A DNA stretch of 64,000 nucleotides from Octopus vulgaris (GCA_951406725.2 OX597817.1:119598001-119662000); one strand, 5' to 3'; counted from the first letter of the stretch, positions 39,313 to 52,490 are shown. The notes: generated by a model not told the origin, from the sequence alone. Made by a program: numbers and translations.

Positions 39313-39992
39313 TCATATTCATTACATTCAGCAGCTATATAAACATAAAACCTGTTCAGTTTATTTTGACAGTGATTAAATGTTATGATGAACAACAAGG
39401 AAGCAAATAATGAGTAAATTATGTTGTGTTATCTGTTGATATCCAGAACCAAGTAATTGTTTAATTTGTGTCAAAACATTAGATGCATACACTGATCATT
39501 TTAAGTAGCCATCTAGTATAAACAACCTATTTGGTAGTTTAGTTCATTAGATTTGATGATGTCATAAACAAAAATATGATCAATTAAAAGATAACTGAAG
39601 CCTTTTGTAAAAGGTGAGGAAGGTGCTAAATATTTTATAGTCACAGCTGTGTTCATGATTTTAATAATAAATTCAGAATTAGTGCGTGCTTGTGAATTAG
39701 CTGTGGTTGAAAAGTGGTTACTTGTGATTTGAAATTCACATTATTTATATAAGCATCAGATATCGTGGATTGCTTCTCTTTCCAGTATTCTTAGCAATCT
39801 GCAAGAAGTCATGCTAATATATTCTAACAAGCTGTAAATGACACCACCAAAGTTTTTCCAAATTAAATCATTCGCACATTGTGACAGTTTAGTTCTAACT
39901 TTTAAATTATAACAGCCTTCTTTAATTAACCTTCAACTGTTTCTACCTAATGAAGAAAAAAACACAACCACAATGACAACAACAACATCAAC

Positions 39993-40077
39993 AGTGCCAG
40001 CCTGCCCATGATGTGATGCAGTACCAGCCTGTCCAATGCCCTGATGCAGTACCAGCCTGCCCTGATATGGTACCAGG
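39993..40077. repeat. Short tandem repeat, ~28-bp unit, about 3 copies
   Basis: gt(g/a)ccagcctg(c/t)cc...tgatgca repeated. Confidence 0.8.
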
Positions 40078-40588
40078 CAATGGCTCTCATGGCTTTTGAT
40101 CCTAACTGATTGACAGTGTTATAATGTACATTGTTCTGTCTTGGTATAAAGGACGGGCTACAGCAAATAATCTGCTTAATACCACAGATTTGCTTGTCAG
40201 TTGTTTGATCTTAACAATTTGAGCATGTCCCTTAGTGGATGACGAAGTAGTTGGGGAGCAGCATAGCCATGTGTTGAGAGGAATTCTTCATGGTTTGAAT
40301 AAATCACCTCTGGAAACATGGGTGTTTTGTTCATCATCCTTAATACAAATCTTATTCTGGGACCTTTTGAGCAGGATGGGCAATTCGACCTGAAGATAAT
40401 TTTAACTGGGCCCCACCTGCAAGGTCATGCACTGTTTATCTTGATGTGAGATCACCATGTCACATACATATGGTTGTGATGCATGTGCCTGGTATACCCT
40501 TATCAGATAGGTAGTCATGATGGGTATATTGGCTACGTAAATTTGTACCTCAATGTCACTTTGATGGCATACACTGCTCTCTCACTCA
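40065..40588. repeat. Interspersed repeat of uncertain class (GC-richer block ending at an (AAT)n tract)
   Basis: Sharp compositional boundaries and abuts (AAT)n at 40588-40610. Recognised from memory as an octopus repeat; no coding signal. Confidence 0.45.
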
Positions 40589-40610
40589 ATAATAATAATA
40601 ATAATAATAA

Positions 40611-40826
40611 TCATTATTTACATTATTTACAATTGATGGATATTTATTCTCATCTTCTTTGTTGTTAACATGTTTCAGCTGATATACCCTACAGCCTTCA
40701 TCAGGTGTCTTGGGGAAATTTCGAACCTGAGTTCTCATTCATAAGGTATTTTTCGATGTTGCTATTATTATTATTATTGTTATTATTATTATTCAGGTCA
40801 CTGCCTGGAATCGAACTCAGAATCTA
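40611..40826 (-). mobile_element. Small non-autonomous Penelope-like/retrozyme-like fragment carrying a hammerhead-ribozyme motif
   Basis: Minus strand GACAC-CUGAUGA-A-GGCUG(uaggguauau)CAGCU-GAAA-CAUGUU at 40709-40665, flanked by (AAT)/(ATT) tracts. Confidence 0.55.
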
Positions 40827-42683
40827 TAACTATGTTATTATGAAACTGTAAAGTCTAAATAGATAAAAGTATGTCTACACAAGTGTCCTGAAATTGTGTT
40901 TAGTCACAACAATAGAATTTCGTGTCTTTTACACTTACCTATCTGCATAGCTGCTGAATTAATTACAATAAAAATAGAGTATCACAATGGTAAGTGTAGA
41001 ATTAACTACAGTTCAAATTCAGTCACAGCTGAGAAGGTCTTGGCAAAATTTCAGCTAAGAGGAAGGCAATCATAAATAGAATCTGTGTCTGGCCAAGAAA
41101 ATGTCAACATTAAAGACACCTTATACATCAAGCTATCATGAAAACTCTTCACCATTATGAATACAGCAATATAACTAATTCTACCAACAACAATCTACAA
41201 ATGTGTCTCAATGACTTCAAATTTGGTTTTATAGTTTCTGTTTATATTATAATATTTGATCAAATTAATATCTTTGCAAATTTCTTTAAAACTACCCTAC
41301 TTACCAGTATTAAACATTTGAATTTATCTTTATAATTTTGTCTACCAAGAAGCATATCTGCATGTTAAAAGGGCCCTTTAAAATATATATGCAAAATATA
41401 GAAATGATAAAATCCTGTTTCCTTTATGCGATAAAACAAAAGCAAAATTTGACAAAATCAGGAGTCAATTTGAAAGTGTGAAGTCCAAATAACTAAAAAT
41501 ATGTCAACTCAAAGGATCCTGACACTATGTTCTATTCTTCACAACAACATAGTTTTATGTCTTTACACTAAAATTTACTCCAACAACTAAATTTATAACA
41601 ACAAAAACAATGTATCACAATGAATTAACTTCACATCAAATTCTGTCACAGCCGAGAGGGTCTTAGTACAACTACTTGATTTTTCAGTAAAGTTACTAGA
41701 TTTTAGTTTTGATAGTAATACACACAACATTTAGTGTAATGAATTGTCATTAATTTTCAAAAAGAGAGACTGCTTCAAATTAATAGGCTGCATAGGAATT
41801 AGTTTCAAATAAAGTAAAAGTGTTTATATATTGAAATCAATTTGAATCCTTCCATGTCTCCTCCTACACCAACTTAAGATTCACTTTTTATTTTTCATTC
41901 AAAATGAAGAGCTTCTAATTCTCTTTCTTAAATAGACAAAAGGAATATTATAAGAAATTGCAAGTGAAATTTTACAAATCCCAAACTGATATTAACTGAT
42001 AACTTAATATTAGTTCTCAATAACTATTACACAGTAATACTTACAATATGATCTGTTTTATTTTATTTTATTTTATTTTATTTTATTTTTTGTTTGATTG
42101 GGCAAGATAAAGATAAATGTCTAAAGATAAACAGAGTAAATCAGAAAGAAAAAAAAGCATACATTCACTATATAAATCAAAAAGCATAATTTGTTAGTTT
42201 CCATAAAGTTATAGGTCAATAAATTGATTTCTTCTTTTATATATCAACCTTGAAAGAATTTTAAAAAGACACATTAAAATGAAAGGGAGGAAAGAAGAAA
42301 TCTATGTGTGAAGATATATCATGGCAGCTGTATTAAAACTGCAAATACAACCCCCAATGGCCTGGTGTGCTAAGAAGACAGAATGAAAGAAACTTTGATA
42401 TAAAGTACATTACCCCAAAGCAATTTAGTGACATAGGTGTTGTCTAGAATAAGTTAAATACAATAAATGTATTAGTTGTTGTATTGATGACTTCCAATAT
42501 CCCCTCAACAAAAGGGAAAAACCATGATGCAAAACAATAAATAGAATACACTAGTATTAAAGAAACTCAAAATAGATGCCTACAGCATAGAATGATCTGC
42601 ATCACAATTCCAATTTTGAACTGTGAGCTGGATTACATATATATAATACATAAATATATATATGTGTAAAAATGTTTAATGTA

Positions 42684-42888
42684 CAGTAATCCCTTGACTA
42701 TCACAGGTATTACATTGCAAAACATCCCACAGAAATAATTAAAATCTAAAGAAATATAAATACTTATTGGCCGCAGAAACCCAGATATACTGAGGAGTCT
42801 GCAATATAAATTTACATATATTAGCCTGAAAAATTTGTGACATCCTGAGTGCATGATAGGTGAACCACAATATGGCAAGCAATTACTG
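42684..42888. mobile_element. Tigger/pogo-like MITE, family T2, copy 1
   Basis: TA|cagtaatcccttgac ... ggcaagcaattactg|TA. Homologous to 44019-44237 in inverted orientation. Confidence 0.75.
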
Positions 42889-43576
42889 TATATGTGAGTG
42901 CAATATTTTGCAAGAGCCTCAAGTTTTCTACCATGATAGAATATAAGCGGTAGTCTTGGAAGAAAGAGAGACTGTGAATGATTCATTACATCCTTCTCAC
43001 AGTGTTGTGTATCTTATTCAGAGAGAGACAAATAAATCTGTCCCAAATACTTGGTTGATGCATTTTTGTATTGACCCAGGAAGGTGAAAAACAAAGCTGA
43101 TGTTAGTGAGATTTGAACTCAAAAGGCAAAGAATCTGAAGAAATCAAATACTTTGAGGGTATTTGCTGATATTCAAATGAGTTTTCCAATTGACCACCTT
43201 ATATGTATATATAAACATATACATATACATGCATTTTGCATTTCCATGCAATAACACAAAATGCTCAATATGCAACTGTTTTAGAAGTGTGTAGATACTG
43301 TTATAATTGAATCGTACACTGGTGAAATATATTATTTTCTCATACCTAATGACTTTGTGTGATTGGTGTTAGTCAGCCATACAGATTGGTGGGTCAACTG
43401 CACTAAGGTGTTAAATGTTAGTTTATCAACAGATATTTACGTATGTGTATATGCATGTGTGTGATGGGGAAAAAGAGAAATAGAGAAAAAAAGAGTGAGA
43501 TAAAACTAATACAACTACAGAAGATCTTCAACTAATATATTTAGTAAGCTTTATTCCTTAATATTGTCTCAAATAC

Positions 43577-43651
43577 CCTTGCCAGCTGCTGCAAGACGTT
43601 CGGCCAATTTTCCAGAAAATGTGTGAGTTTAATGCTGGCATCTATCTGTCT
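43577..43651 (-). other. Candidate upstream exon, 75 nt
   Basis: T-tract acceptor ending gtgtcAG, weak donor AGG|GTATTT, locally GC/CpG-richer than the flanks. Two frames are open (RQIDASIKLTHFLENWPNVLQQLAR and MPALNSHIFWKIGRTSCSSWQ). A plus-strand exon reading of the same patch is also conceivable. Confidence 0.25.
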
Positions 43652-44018
43652 CTGACACAAAAAAAACTCTTTAAGTAAAACATAGAGTGAAAAATAATAA
43701 TTCCTTCAACAGATGGCACCCATCATGATACATTTAATTAAACTAATGTCAGTCTGTTGTCACTATATTATAAGCATGTGCAAAATTATATTTTAAAAGA
43801 TATGTTTATCCCTCATAGGATTATAACCACTAATTCTAAAACAAAAAAAAAAAAATTTTAAAGCAGAGTGAAAACTAATGATGGTGCAAAAACTCTAGGC
43901 TTAAATCAAAAACAAAGACTCTGATTTCAACTGCCCATGACCAAGGCCTCATCACAAAACAGAAATTAGACAAATCTACATACATATAGATACATACATA
44001 TATGTATATATATATATA

Positions 44019-44237
44019 CAGTAATCCCTCACCATATTGTGGTTCACCTATCGGGGTTTATCATTTAAGTTTATGTTGATTCCTCCATGGTGTTCTTTTG
44101 CATTTATAATAACATTAATATATACAAGTTATAAAAAAAATATTTTAAAAATATACAGTACTGCACTGTTTCTACTTTGCAGATTTTCACCTATTGCAGG
44201 AGGTTTTGGAACATAACACCTGTGATAGGGATTAGTG
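44019..44237. mobile_element. Tigger/pogo-like MITE, family T2, copy 2
   Basis: TA|cagtaatccctcaccatattgtggttcacctatc ... acacctgtgatagggattagtg. Both ends match copy 1 reversed. Confidence 0.75.
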
Positions 44238-44274
44238 TGTGTATGTGTGTGTGCATGTGTGTGTGTGTGTGTGT

Positions 44275-44500
44275 GAAGGCATATGGCTTAGTGGGTTAGT
44301 ATGTTCAGCTCACAGTCATAAGGTCATGAGTTCAATTCCTGGCAACATATTGTGTCCTTGAGCAAGACACTTTATTTCATATTACTCCAGTCCACTCAGC
44401 TGACAAAAATGAATAGTACCTGTATTTCTAAGGGCTAGCCTTTCCCCCACTCTGTGTCATGCTGAATCTCCTTGAGAACTACGTTAAAGGTACATGTGCT
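44275..44500 (+). mobile_element. CORE-like tRNA SINE related to family C; further copies at 24118-24320 and ~52350-52430
   Basis: tggcttagtgg (A box), gagttcaattcc (B box), then ccttgagcaagacact...ccagtccactcagctg. Confidence 0.85.
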
Positions 44501-44999
44501 TGTGATAGCCAATATTCAAAATGGAGCAGCATAAAAGGGGTATAAGTCAATATAGAATATCATGATGGTAATATTAACAATTTCTGAAAGATACATAAGG
44601 TCATCCATCTAGTGAGAAGGGTTTAGTTATGCCAAACTCAATACTTGACTGGTACTATATTTTATAGATCCTACAAGAATGAAAAGTAAAGTTCACCTTG
44701 GTGGGATTTTAACTAAGAACATGAAGACTCAGAAGAAATACTGTAAGGCATTCCGTCTAACAATTCTGTCATCAGATCATTATGGTACTTAGAATGATAA
44801 TAATAGTAATTAAAACTTCTTTTTTGAGCAGAAACCCAAATTTCCATTGAACCAGAAGATAACAGAGTGAATCAATAACAGTGTTTTAATGGTAATCACA
44901 TTTTCAATACAACAAAGTGTTACAAGGAAAGAGAATGTGAGAATACTTCAAATTAAGTCTGAAACACTATGAGAATGAAAATAAAATGCTAACAGATTT

Positions 45000-45830
45000 T
45001 TATGACAGTGGTTTCGGTCTCCCACAGGGATTTACAGAAATTAGGTTGTGTAAGTGCTAAAGCGAAATTTTAGCTGCCTTTAACATCTCTGGTGGAGAAA
45101 TTTAAATTAGCAAAAACCTGCTGCTACACGATGCTAGAGAAGTCAGTAGACATTGTTGTTCATGCAACCCAGTTGAAAATGTTGTAAGGAAGAAAATGAA
45201 GCCTAGGAAAATCGTTGCAATGGCAGAGACCAACCTGGAAATGTAAAAGGTGAGCGGTATGGTGCAGAATATATGAGCTGAACCTCTTGTCAGAATATAA
45301 AAAAGGTAGGCAAGATATTGTGATCAAAGTCATTCACCATGTTGGGGAGAAAAAGCATGTGAGTAAATTGGTAATTTTGGGAATTCAATGCCTTAATGGC
45401 AGACATCTGAGCAAAGGAAGTTAGCGTGAGACATGATACCAAAAATAAAAGAGTCAATTATATTGTGATTACATGATAACACCTGCAGCCAGTATTAATG
45501 TTTGGGCTTGAGAGAGACTGTTGATTGACACAAGCACAGAGATTATGCATCTCTGAAGAATAACTAAGTCTTGAGTATTTTTGCTGATATACTGAAACAG
45601 CAATGGAACAGTATTAATACACTGAGAATTAACACCAAGTGGTCCTCAGTAATTTCTCGTGTGGGAGCAAGAACAAAAGGAAGCCAAAACTCAGCCTTAT
45701 GAATGAAGCTAATGACTGGAAAATACAGGTGGATTTGAAGAGGTTGCTGATGTTCTCAATCTATATTGCAATAATGCAATAGTGTTCAGATTTTGAGGTA
45801 TGAATTGAGTTGCTAAACACAACAATGGGT
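45000..45830 (+). mobile_element. Highly decayed R2-Hero-like non-LTR retrotransposon fragment (post-RT region and start of the restriction-like endonuclease region)
   Basis: Pseudo-translation LPLTSLVEKFKLAKTCCYTMLEKSVDIVVHATQLKML*GRK* and LMNEANDWKIQVDLKRLLMFSIYIAIMQ*CSDFEV* parallels Hero-clade motifs LPxxSLVEEFKxxK...GRKW and A.DW.L.VDL...L.FP...LRPDIVLW as I recall them. Cut on the right by a SINE insertion at ~45845. Confidence 0.7.
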
Positions 45831-45844
45831 ACATTAAAGAGAAG

Positions 45845-46155
45845 TCATCATCATCATCATCATCATTTAATGTCCATTGCCCATGCAGACATGGGTTGGA
45901 CGGTTTGACCTTAGTTGGTAAACTGAGGGGCTGCACCAGACTCCAGTCTGATTTGGCATGGTTTCTCTGGCTGGATACTCTGCCAACCACTCTGAGAGGG
46001 TAATGGGTGCTTTCATGTGCCACTGACATGGGTGCCAGTTGCATGACACTGGTATCTGCCATGACTATTATTTTACTTGGCTTAATAGATCTTTCTTCCC
46101 AAACACAGCATATTGCCAAAGGTCTCGGTCATTTGTCACTGTTTCATGAGGCCCA
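45845..46155 (-). mobile_element. SINE/LINE-tail family D ending in (GAT)n; related pieces at ~22300-22520 (+), 37190-37420 (+), 31525-31570 (-) and 60148-60345 (-)
   Basis: Shared 3' motif ccaacccatg(c/t)..gcatgg...ga(c/t)(g/a)ttaaa.gatgatgatg with a short palindromic hairpin before the trinucleotide tail. Confidence 0.7.
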
Positions 46156-47224
46156 GCATGTATATACACACACACACAAACAAACACACATATATAACGT
46201 ACACACAAACACATAAGCAATGGTAAGTAAATGAGAGGCCTAGTATTTGCACTTCTAAAACTGAAACAATTTACTTTATTTAGAACAAATATTGTGATTT
46301 AAATTTAAATACATAAACATTTATAGCCTTTCCCGCACACAATAACTGAAACTAGTAGTATAAAAATCTAATCTTATTCCAAGATTTCACATACATTTGG
46401 CTACTACTCAAAATATCTCACAATTTGTTTTGAATATCTAATGACATAGATTGGAACAGAATTTTGAACGCTCAGTATTTACAGTATATTATGGAAAAAT
46501 GAAAAGAAAACAAAAATGGATTTCCTTTTTTTTTTTTGCAGAGAAAATATATAAAGTTGTACAATAGGGAAGAACATTTTTACATTTAGGTTGTTAGATT
46601 TAATCACAGATTAATTCAAAATATTTCATCTAATCTCAACAAATCTTCAATAAACTTCTTCAAGAATGGGTTTGTTAATTATAGAAAAGAATACATTTCT
46701 AATTCTTTCTCTTGATAGTTGAAGTTTATTCTTTTACACATTATAGATGTTCATATAACCAGAAAGAACATTATTTGATGAAGGATTAATTTTTTGTGAA
46801 TGATATTGGTTTTCGAAAGAGGGAGCTTGAAGAAATAAGAATAATTTACGCAACTATAAAATGCAATATTTGCAGTGGAACAAAAATTTGTGGTTTGTGT
46901 ATCAAAATTTTCATGCGTATTTTATATATATATATGATTCACATGAAAATACGTAGTTAAATTGCATAGATATTTCCTTACATTTGTTGAGTGAATTCAA
47001 TTACACATGCAGTACTGATTAAAATTAATAAAACAATAGATATTCTCTATAACAGAATTACATAATCTGTTCAGTCATATCACTGTTACTGATTTTAAGA
47101 TGAGCAAAATTTCTAGCAAAATTTTAGAACTCTGTGTTTCCAAGAAAATGAACAGGCTGAAATTCAAGCTTTTTAATAACTAACTACATAGCTTAAGTTA
47201 GATATTCAAAATGGTTTCGCTTGC

Positions 47225-47611
47225 TTTTTACTCTTTTACTAGTTTCAGTCATTTGACTGCGACCATGCTGGAGCACCACCTTTAGTCGAGCAAATCGACC
47301 CTAGGACTTATTCTTTGTAAGCCTAGTACTTATTCTATCGCATTATTTTGCCGAACCGCTAAGTTATGGAGACGTAAATACACCAGCATCGGTTGTCAAG
47401 CAAAGTTGGGAGGACAAACACAGACACACAAACACACATATATATATATATATACAACAGGCTTCTTTCAGTTTCTGTCTATCAAATCCACTCATGAGGC
47501 TTTGGTCAACCCAAGGCTATAGTAGAAGACACTTGCCCAAGGTGCCACGCAGTGGGACTGAACCCAGAACCATGTGGTTGGTAAGCAAGTTACTTACCAC
47601 ACAGCCATACT
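47225..47611 (-). mobile_element. SINE family A, full-length, reverse orientation
   Basis: Reverse complement of 32078-32480 over its whole length, with CpGs partly retained. Confidence 0.9.
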
Positions 47612-47820
47612 TTTGGTAAAGTTACATAACAAAACAAGTGACTGAGAATAAAATTGTTGGATTTTTTTGTTTGTTTTGTTTTTTTCCAGATAAAAAATAT
47701 AACAGAAAAGTATTGATGCTTTTATGCAAGAGATTCTGATATTTTCATGCAAGAGATATGAACTCTGAGCAAGAGAATTCTTCACAGGTTCATGAGGGAC
47801 TAAGAGTAACTACTTCCTAA

Positions 47821-47862
<42 letters not shown>

Positions 47863-49789
47863 CTTGCTGAAATATGACAAGTCTTATGGAATGTATTATG
47901 CATGAACCAGCTGCTATATCATTACTTCAAAGAATATGAATGTGAATGAAATGGTTTTAGTTGGTTTTATTCAATGATAGACAACAAGGTTTAATAACAT
48001 AGAAATATCTGCAAAAATATTTCTTCTGATTTGTATTACAAGTAATTTACTTATTTCATCTCTGAAATGCTGTAGATAACTTTAAAATGCATGGAGAATA
48101 TAAAGAAATTTCCAAAGTACAAGTAAATACTGAAAGGTTATATTATTAAATGCTTGCAAACATAGAAAAATTAATGTAAAATGAATATGATTTAATTTAT
48201 TTCTTGAGAGCAGGTGAGGAATTTTTATTTTGATATAAGAAAATGTCTTTACTGCATAAATAGGAAAGGTAGTTTATTCTAGTTCATGCATGTAATAGTT
48301 GATATCCCCATTGTGGTGCTGCTGGGAGTAGCAGATCTAATTATGCCAGAGTACCAGAATTTATACTATCAAGGAATGTATTTTTTTTATACCTATAATT
48401 CTAAACTGACGTAATATCAATATTTCAGCACCTATTTCCTAATGATGATAACAACAACGATGGCAGTTATACCAATAATCCTTTCAGTTATAGACACAAG
48501 GTTTGAAACTTGTTGGGAGAAGGTTAATCAATTACATTGACCTCAGTACATGACTGGTACTTATTTTATTGATTCTGAAAGGATGAAAGACAAAGTCAAC
48601 CATGGTAGCATTTGAACACAAGATGTAAAAACAAAATGATTCTAAGCATTTTGTCTGGTATGCTAACAATTCTGCCATCACACCACTCTTGTTATACCAA
48701 AAATGGTAAAGGTTTAGGATGAGAGACAGAGATATAGATAACAACATTAAAGATTTTCTTTTATTAACAATTTTTATAGGCATATCATACAAAGATGTGT
48801 GGTTATTTTTAAAGTGGTTGTACTTTTGAAAGTATGTTAATTTTTTCTGAAGTTTGTATGCTTTAAATTGAAAAAAAATTCCTTTGCATTCATTTTCTTA
48901 TCTAAGTATATACATTTAAATCTTAGAAATTCTTTGATGTTGCAATAACCAAATTAATGTTAAAATTTTCAATAATCATATGGTTATTAACATAATAATT
49001 ATATCACAATTATATCATCTAAATACAAAACCTAATTCAAAAAACTTGAGAGGTTAAAGACAATTGATCTTTTGATTAATTTCTCTGCTATTAAGAATAA
49101 CCAGTCAAAATTGGATCTTTTCTTGTTAGTGTAGCTAATTGGAAGAATAAGCTAGTTACTTACAAGAGATATTACTTTGGAAGTTAATTTCATTTACTTA
49201 TTCATAAAATCATTTCTTAGCTTGCCTTCTTTTACATTTTGTTTATTTTTTTTATGACAAAATTAGCTGTTGCTACTGTACTAAGGCTAATTGGAACCAA
49301 AACAATGTGCTGGAAATAAACAAAAATCTTCTGAAGAAAGGAAATAGAAGCAATGTCTATAAAATTCAAACATTTTTCTTTGAAGCTACTCTTCGGTTTC
49401 AGTTAATTAAGTCTTTAGCTGAAACTTTATGAGGACTACTTCTAGTATAATCATTTGATAAGATTTCTAACAGTGGAGCAATATATTATGAGTCAAAGCC
49501 TTATATTGGCAAAGCAAGAAACATATGAATATTTTGGAATTAGAACTCATAAAACTAACAAACAAAAGAAGAATGAGTGATCTAAGAACAAGGAAAAAGC
49601 AGACAAACAAAACTGTGTAAGCCAAATCGCTTAATCAAAAAATCAACTTTTAAAAACTGTCAATGATTCACAAGAATTTTATTAACATATTAGCAGCATC
49701 ACTCAAAAGATGATATTATTCAAAAACATATTCTTCATATCTCAGAAGATCTATGAATATAATATAACTTAAACATTTCTTTGCTTGCA

Positions 49790-50010
49790 TTCTTTTGATA
49801 ATAACCCACCTGAGACTGCCCTTCATTCTGTGATATAAATGATCTGTTTTAAAGGGATCTAAATTAAAGATTTCTATCAAACTTTCATATTATGTTCCAA
49901 ACACCAGAATAATAATGACTAAGTTATTTTATTACAGTGTGGAAAATTTTCAAAATTTATCCATACAAAGGCAATGTATTTCAATAGAAATATAGTAATA
50001 AATGGTTTAA
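49790..50010. mobile_element. Degenerate piggyBac-like MITE, family P2
   Basis: Starts cttttgataataacccacctgagactgccc and ends taaatggtttaa. Homologous to 28560-28785 on the opposite strand. Confidence 0.55.
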
Positions 50011-52490
50011 GATGCACGGTATAAAAAAATTATAATGCTAGTTTCTACAAATGGCTCAATATATATTTCATTATGTATATCATTCATGGCAACATTCCCT
50101 ATTTGATACTTAAGCATATAATGGTGCTTCATAGGAACTTCAAGTATATATGGTGCTACTATTATGAAATAGATGTTAATATTCAAAATCACATGGAAAG
50201 TGTTTGGCACATGTAAAGTTTTGGAAAAATCACCCATTTCATTACCAACTTGGCTTTATGTTACATTGATTTAGGTGATATAACAAGAACCAAATTTTAA
50301 TGATTATAGTCCTAGCAACATTGGCAATTTAATACACAAACTATAACACATTATGGAAGTACTGTACTCATGAAAATCTTATTGCAAAGTGGAAATCCAG
50401 AAATGAAGAATATTTTCCCATTGAAGTCTATTCTATGTTGATGTTCAGCAACATAGATTTCACATTACAGAACTCCATGATATAGCAAGATTTTCAGGAA
50501 TTCAGTGCTTCCATAATGCAAGGATTCTGTAATGTATTTGTAACAGACAATTGGAGAAACAAGGGATGCAAAATAAGATAAAACAAAAACGGTAGCAATA
50601 CTTTTCGAAATGTCTTTAATGAAGAAAATAAAATCCTTATCACAATAGCAAAACTGTAATCCATTCAAAGAGAAAAATTTCCAACTCCTGTTTAACTTCT
50701 ATAAGAAGTAGTAGTAGAAGTAGCAGTAAGAAAAGGATTTTATATCCATTTTTTGTCTATGCTGACATTTGTTGGACAAATCATGTGAAGGCATTATTTT
50801 TTTATATTTTGATGACAGATGCTCTTCTTGCCATCAACACATTTGTTTTTCAGGTAATGTGTTTTTATTCCAGTGGTCCTCACACATTGAAATTGCTGAT
50901 GACACTGAATCTATGGGAATTTTGTTTACTGGTGAACATCAACAATGTTACTATTTTTTGTTCAAGTGGTATTAAGGAAGTTGCATAGAAACAGTTTTTA
51001 TACAGCCACACAAACCCACAGATATGCACATGTGTATACACACAAACATATATATACACGCATACATAACAAAGTTTGATTTCTACAGAGTTCTTTAAAA
51101 GATTTCACCTGGATTTTTAATTCCTTTTTCTTTAGTGCTTTTATTCCTCTAATACATTAGAGTGCCTGCAGAGGATTACCTTTCCAATGGAGAAGCTATT
51201 CATTGATACATCATTAAAAGATATACCTTTACCATAAAAAAAAGGAATATCTAAAAACTTTAATAAATAAGACCAACTATTTTCCATGATGTATAATATG
51301 GAGGGCCTATCACTTTGATAGAGATAAAGATAATGAATTTTCCAATGAAAAATCTCTCAACAAGCTAAACTGTTTATGTAACGGTAAAAATCATCTCAAA
51401 TGTCCACTGGATAACTGATGCTCCAGAAAGAACTTAGTGCACAAATATTCGGTAACAACAGAGAATCTTGTGCAATTGGCTTCAAGTTGAGATTATATAA
51501 TGACATTTCCTTGATTAAATTTAGAAGAAAAGAAAATTTCGCTTCTTCAAGTAAATTCTTCTGGAGCCTAAAAAGAGAGGTATGATATTAAATAGTTTAT
51601 AAGTGGTGAACTACTGTATAATGCTGATGAATTAAAATGTAACTTATGCCCTGATGAGACACTGCATATCCTTACATCCAAATCTAACATACTGAATGAA
51701 AGAAATGAATTAATGTTAAGATGTTCACACTTATTTTGAAGAACATTAAAATCCTTCACTAATAAACTGAGTAATGATCAGTACACCCTAATATAACAAG
51801 TTGGATATGTCTTCTAGGCCCAGTACACTTAATATACATAACAGTGTGATAGTATTATTTACTTCAGTACTATTCTTTTACTGAATATTCTAATTTTTAT
51901 TGCTTTAATTATATTATTATTTTTGTTGTTGTTTCTATTATTATTTAAATCATAAAACTCTACAATTAGAAAATTTAGTTTTCTTAATTATTTTTCTCTT
52001 ATTTTAAAATTTACATTAATGTATTTTGATTTTTTTATTAATTTTTAAAACAATTTGTAATTAATTTTGGTCTAACTCTTTTTTTTACCTTAGGTTATTT
52101 TAACCGATTACTTATCTTAAATTTTAAGCTTTAACTATTATTTCCTCTAAGTAAAACAATCTCTCCTAAATAAAATACATTCCTTAGTAAATAAATAGTG
52201 ATTATTTTCTTTGCCTTCCAGTCAAAGCCTATATTTAAAATTAATACTGATCAAATGAAATTCCTTGGTGACCTAAATAATATATCTTATGCACAACTTT
52301 AGCTATATTTGCCTCCTCTATCACTGAGGTCAATAACAGTTTAACAGTAATCACTAGATCATGCATTCGATTCCTGGACCAGGTGATGCATTATGTTTCT
52401 GAACAAAACACTTCATTTCACATTACTCTGTGAGTAGCAGAGTGACAGAATCAGTGGTGTGTCAGCAGAAATGACTCACAGTATATAAAC

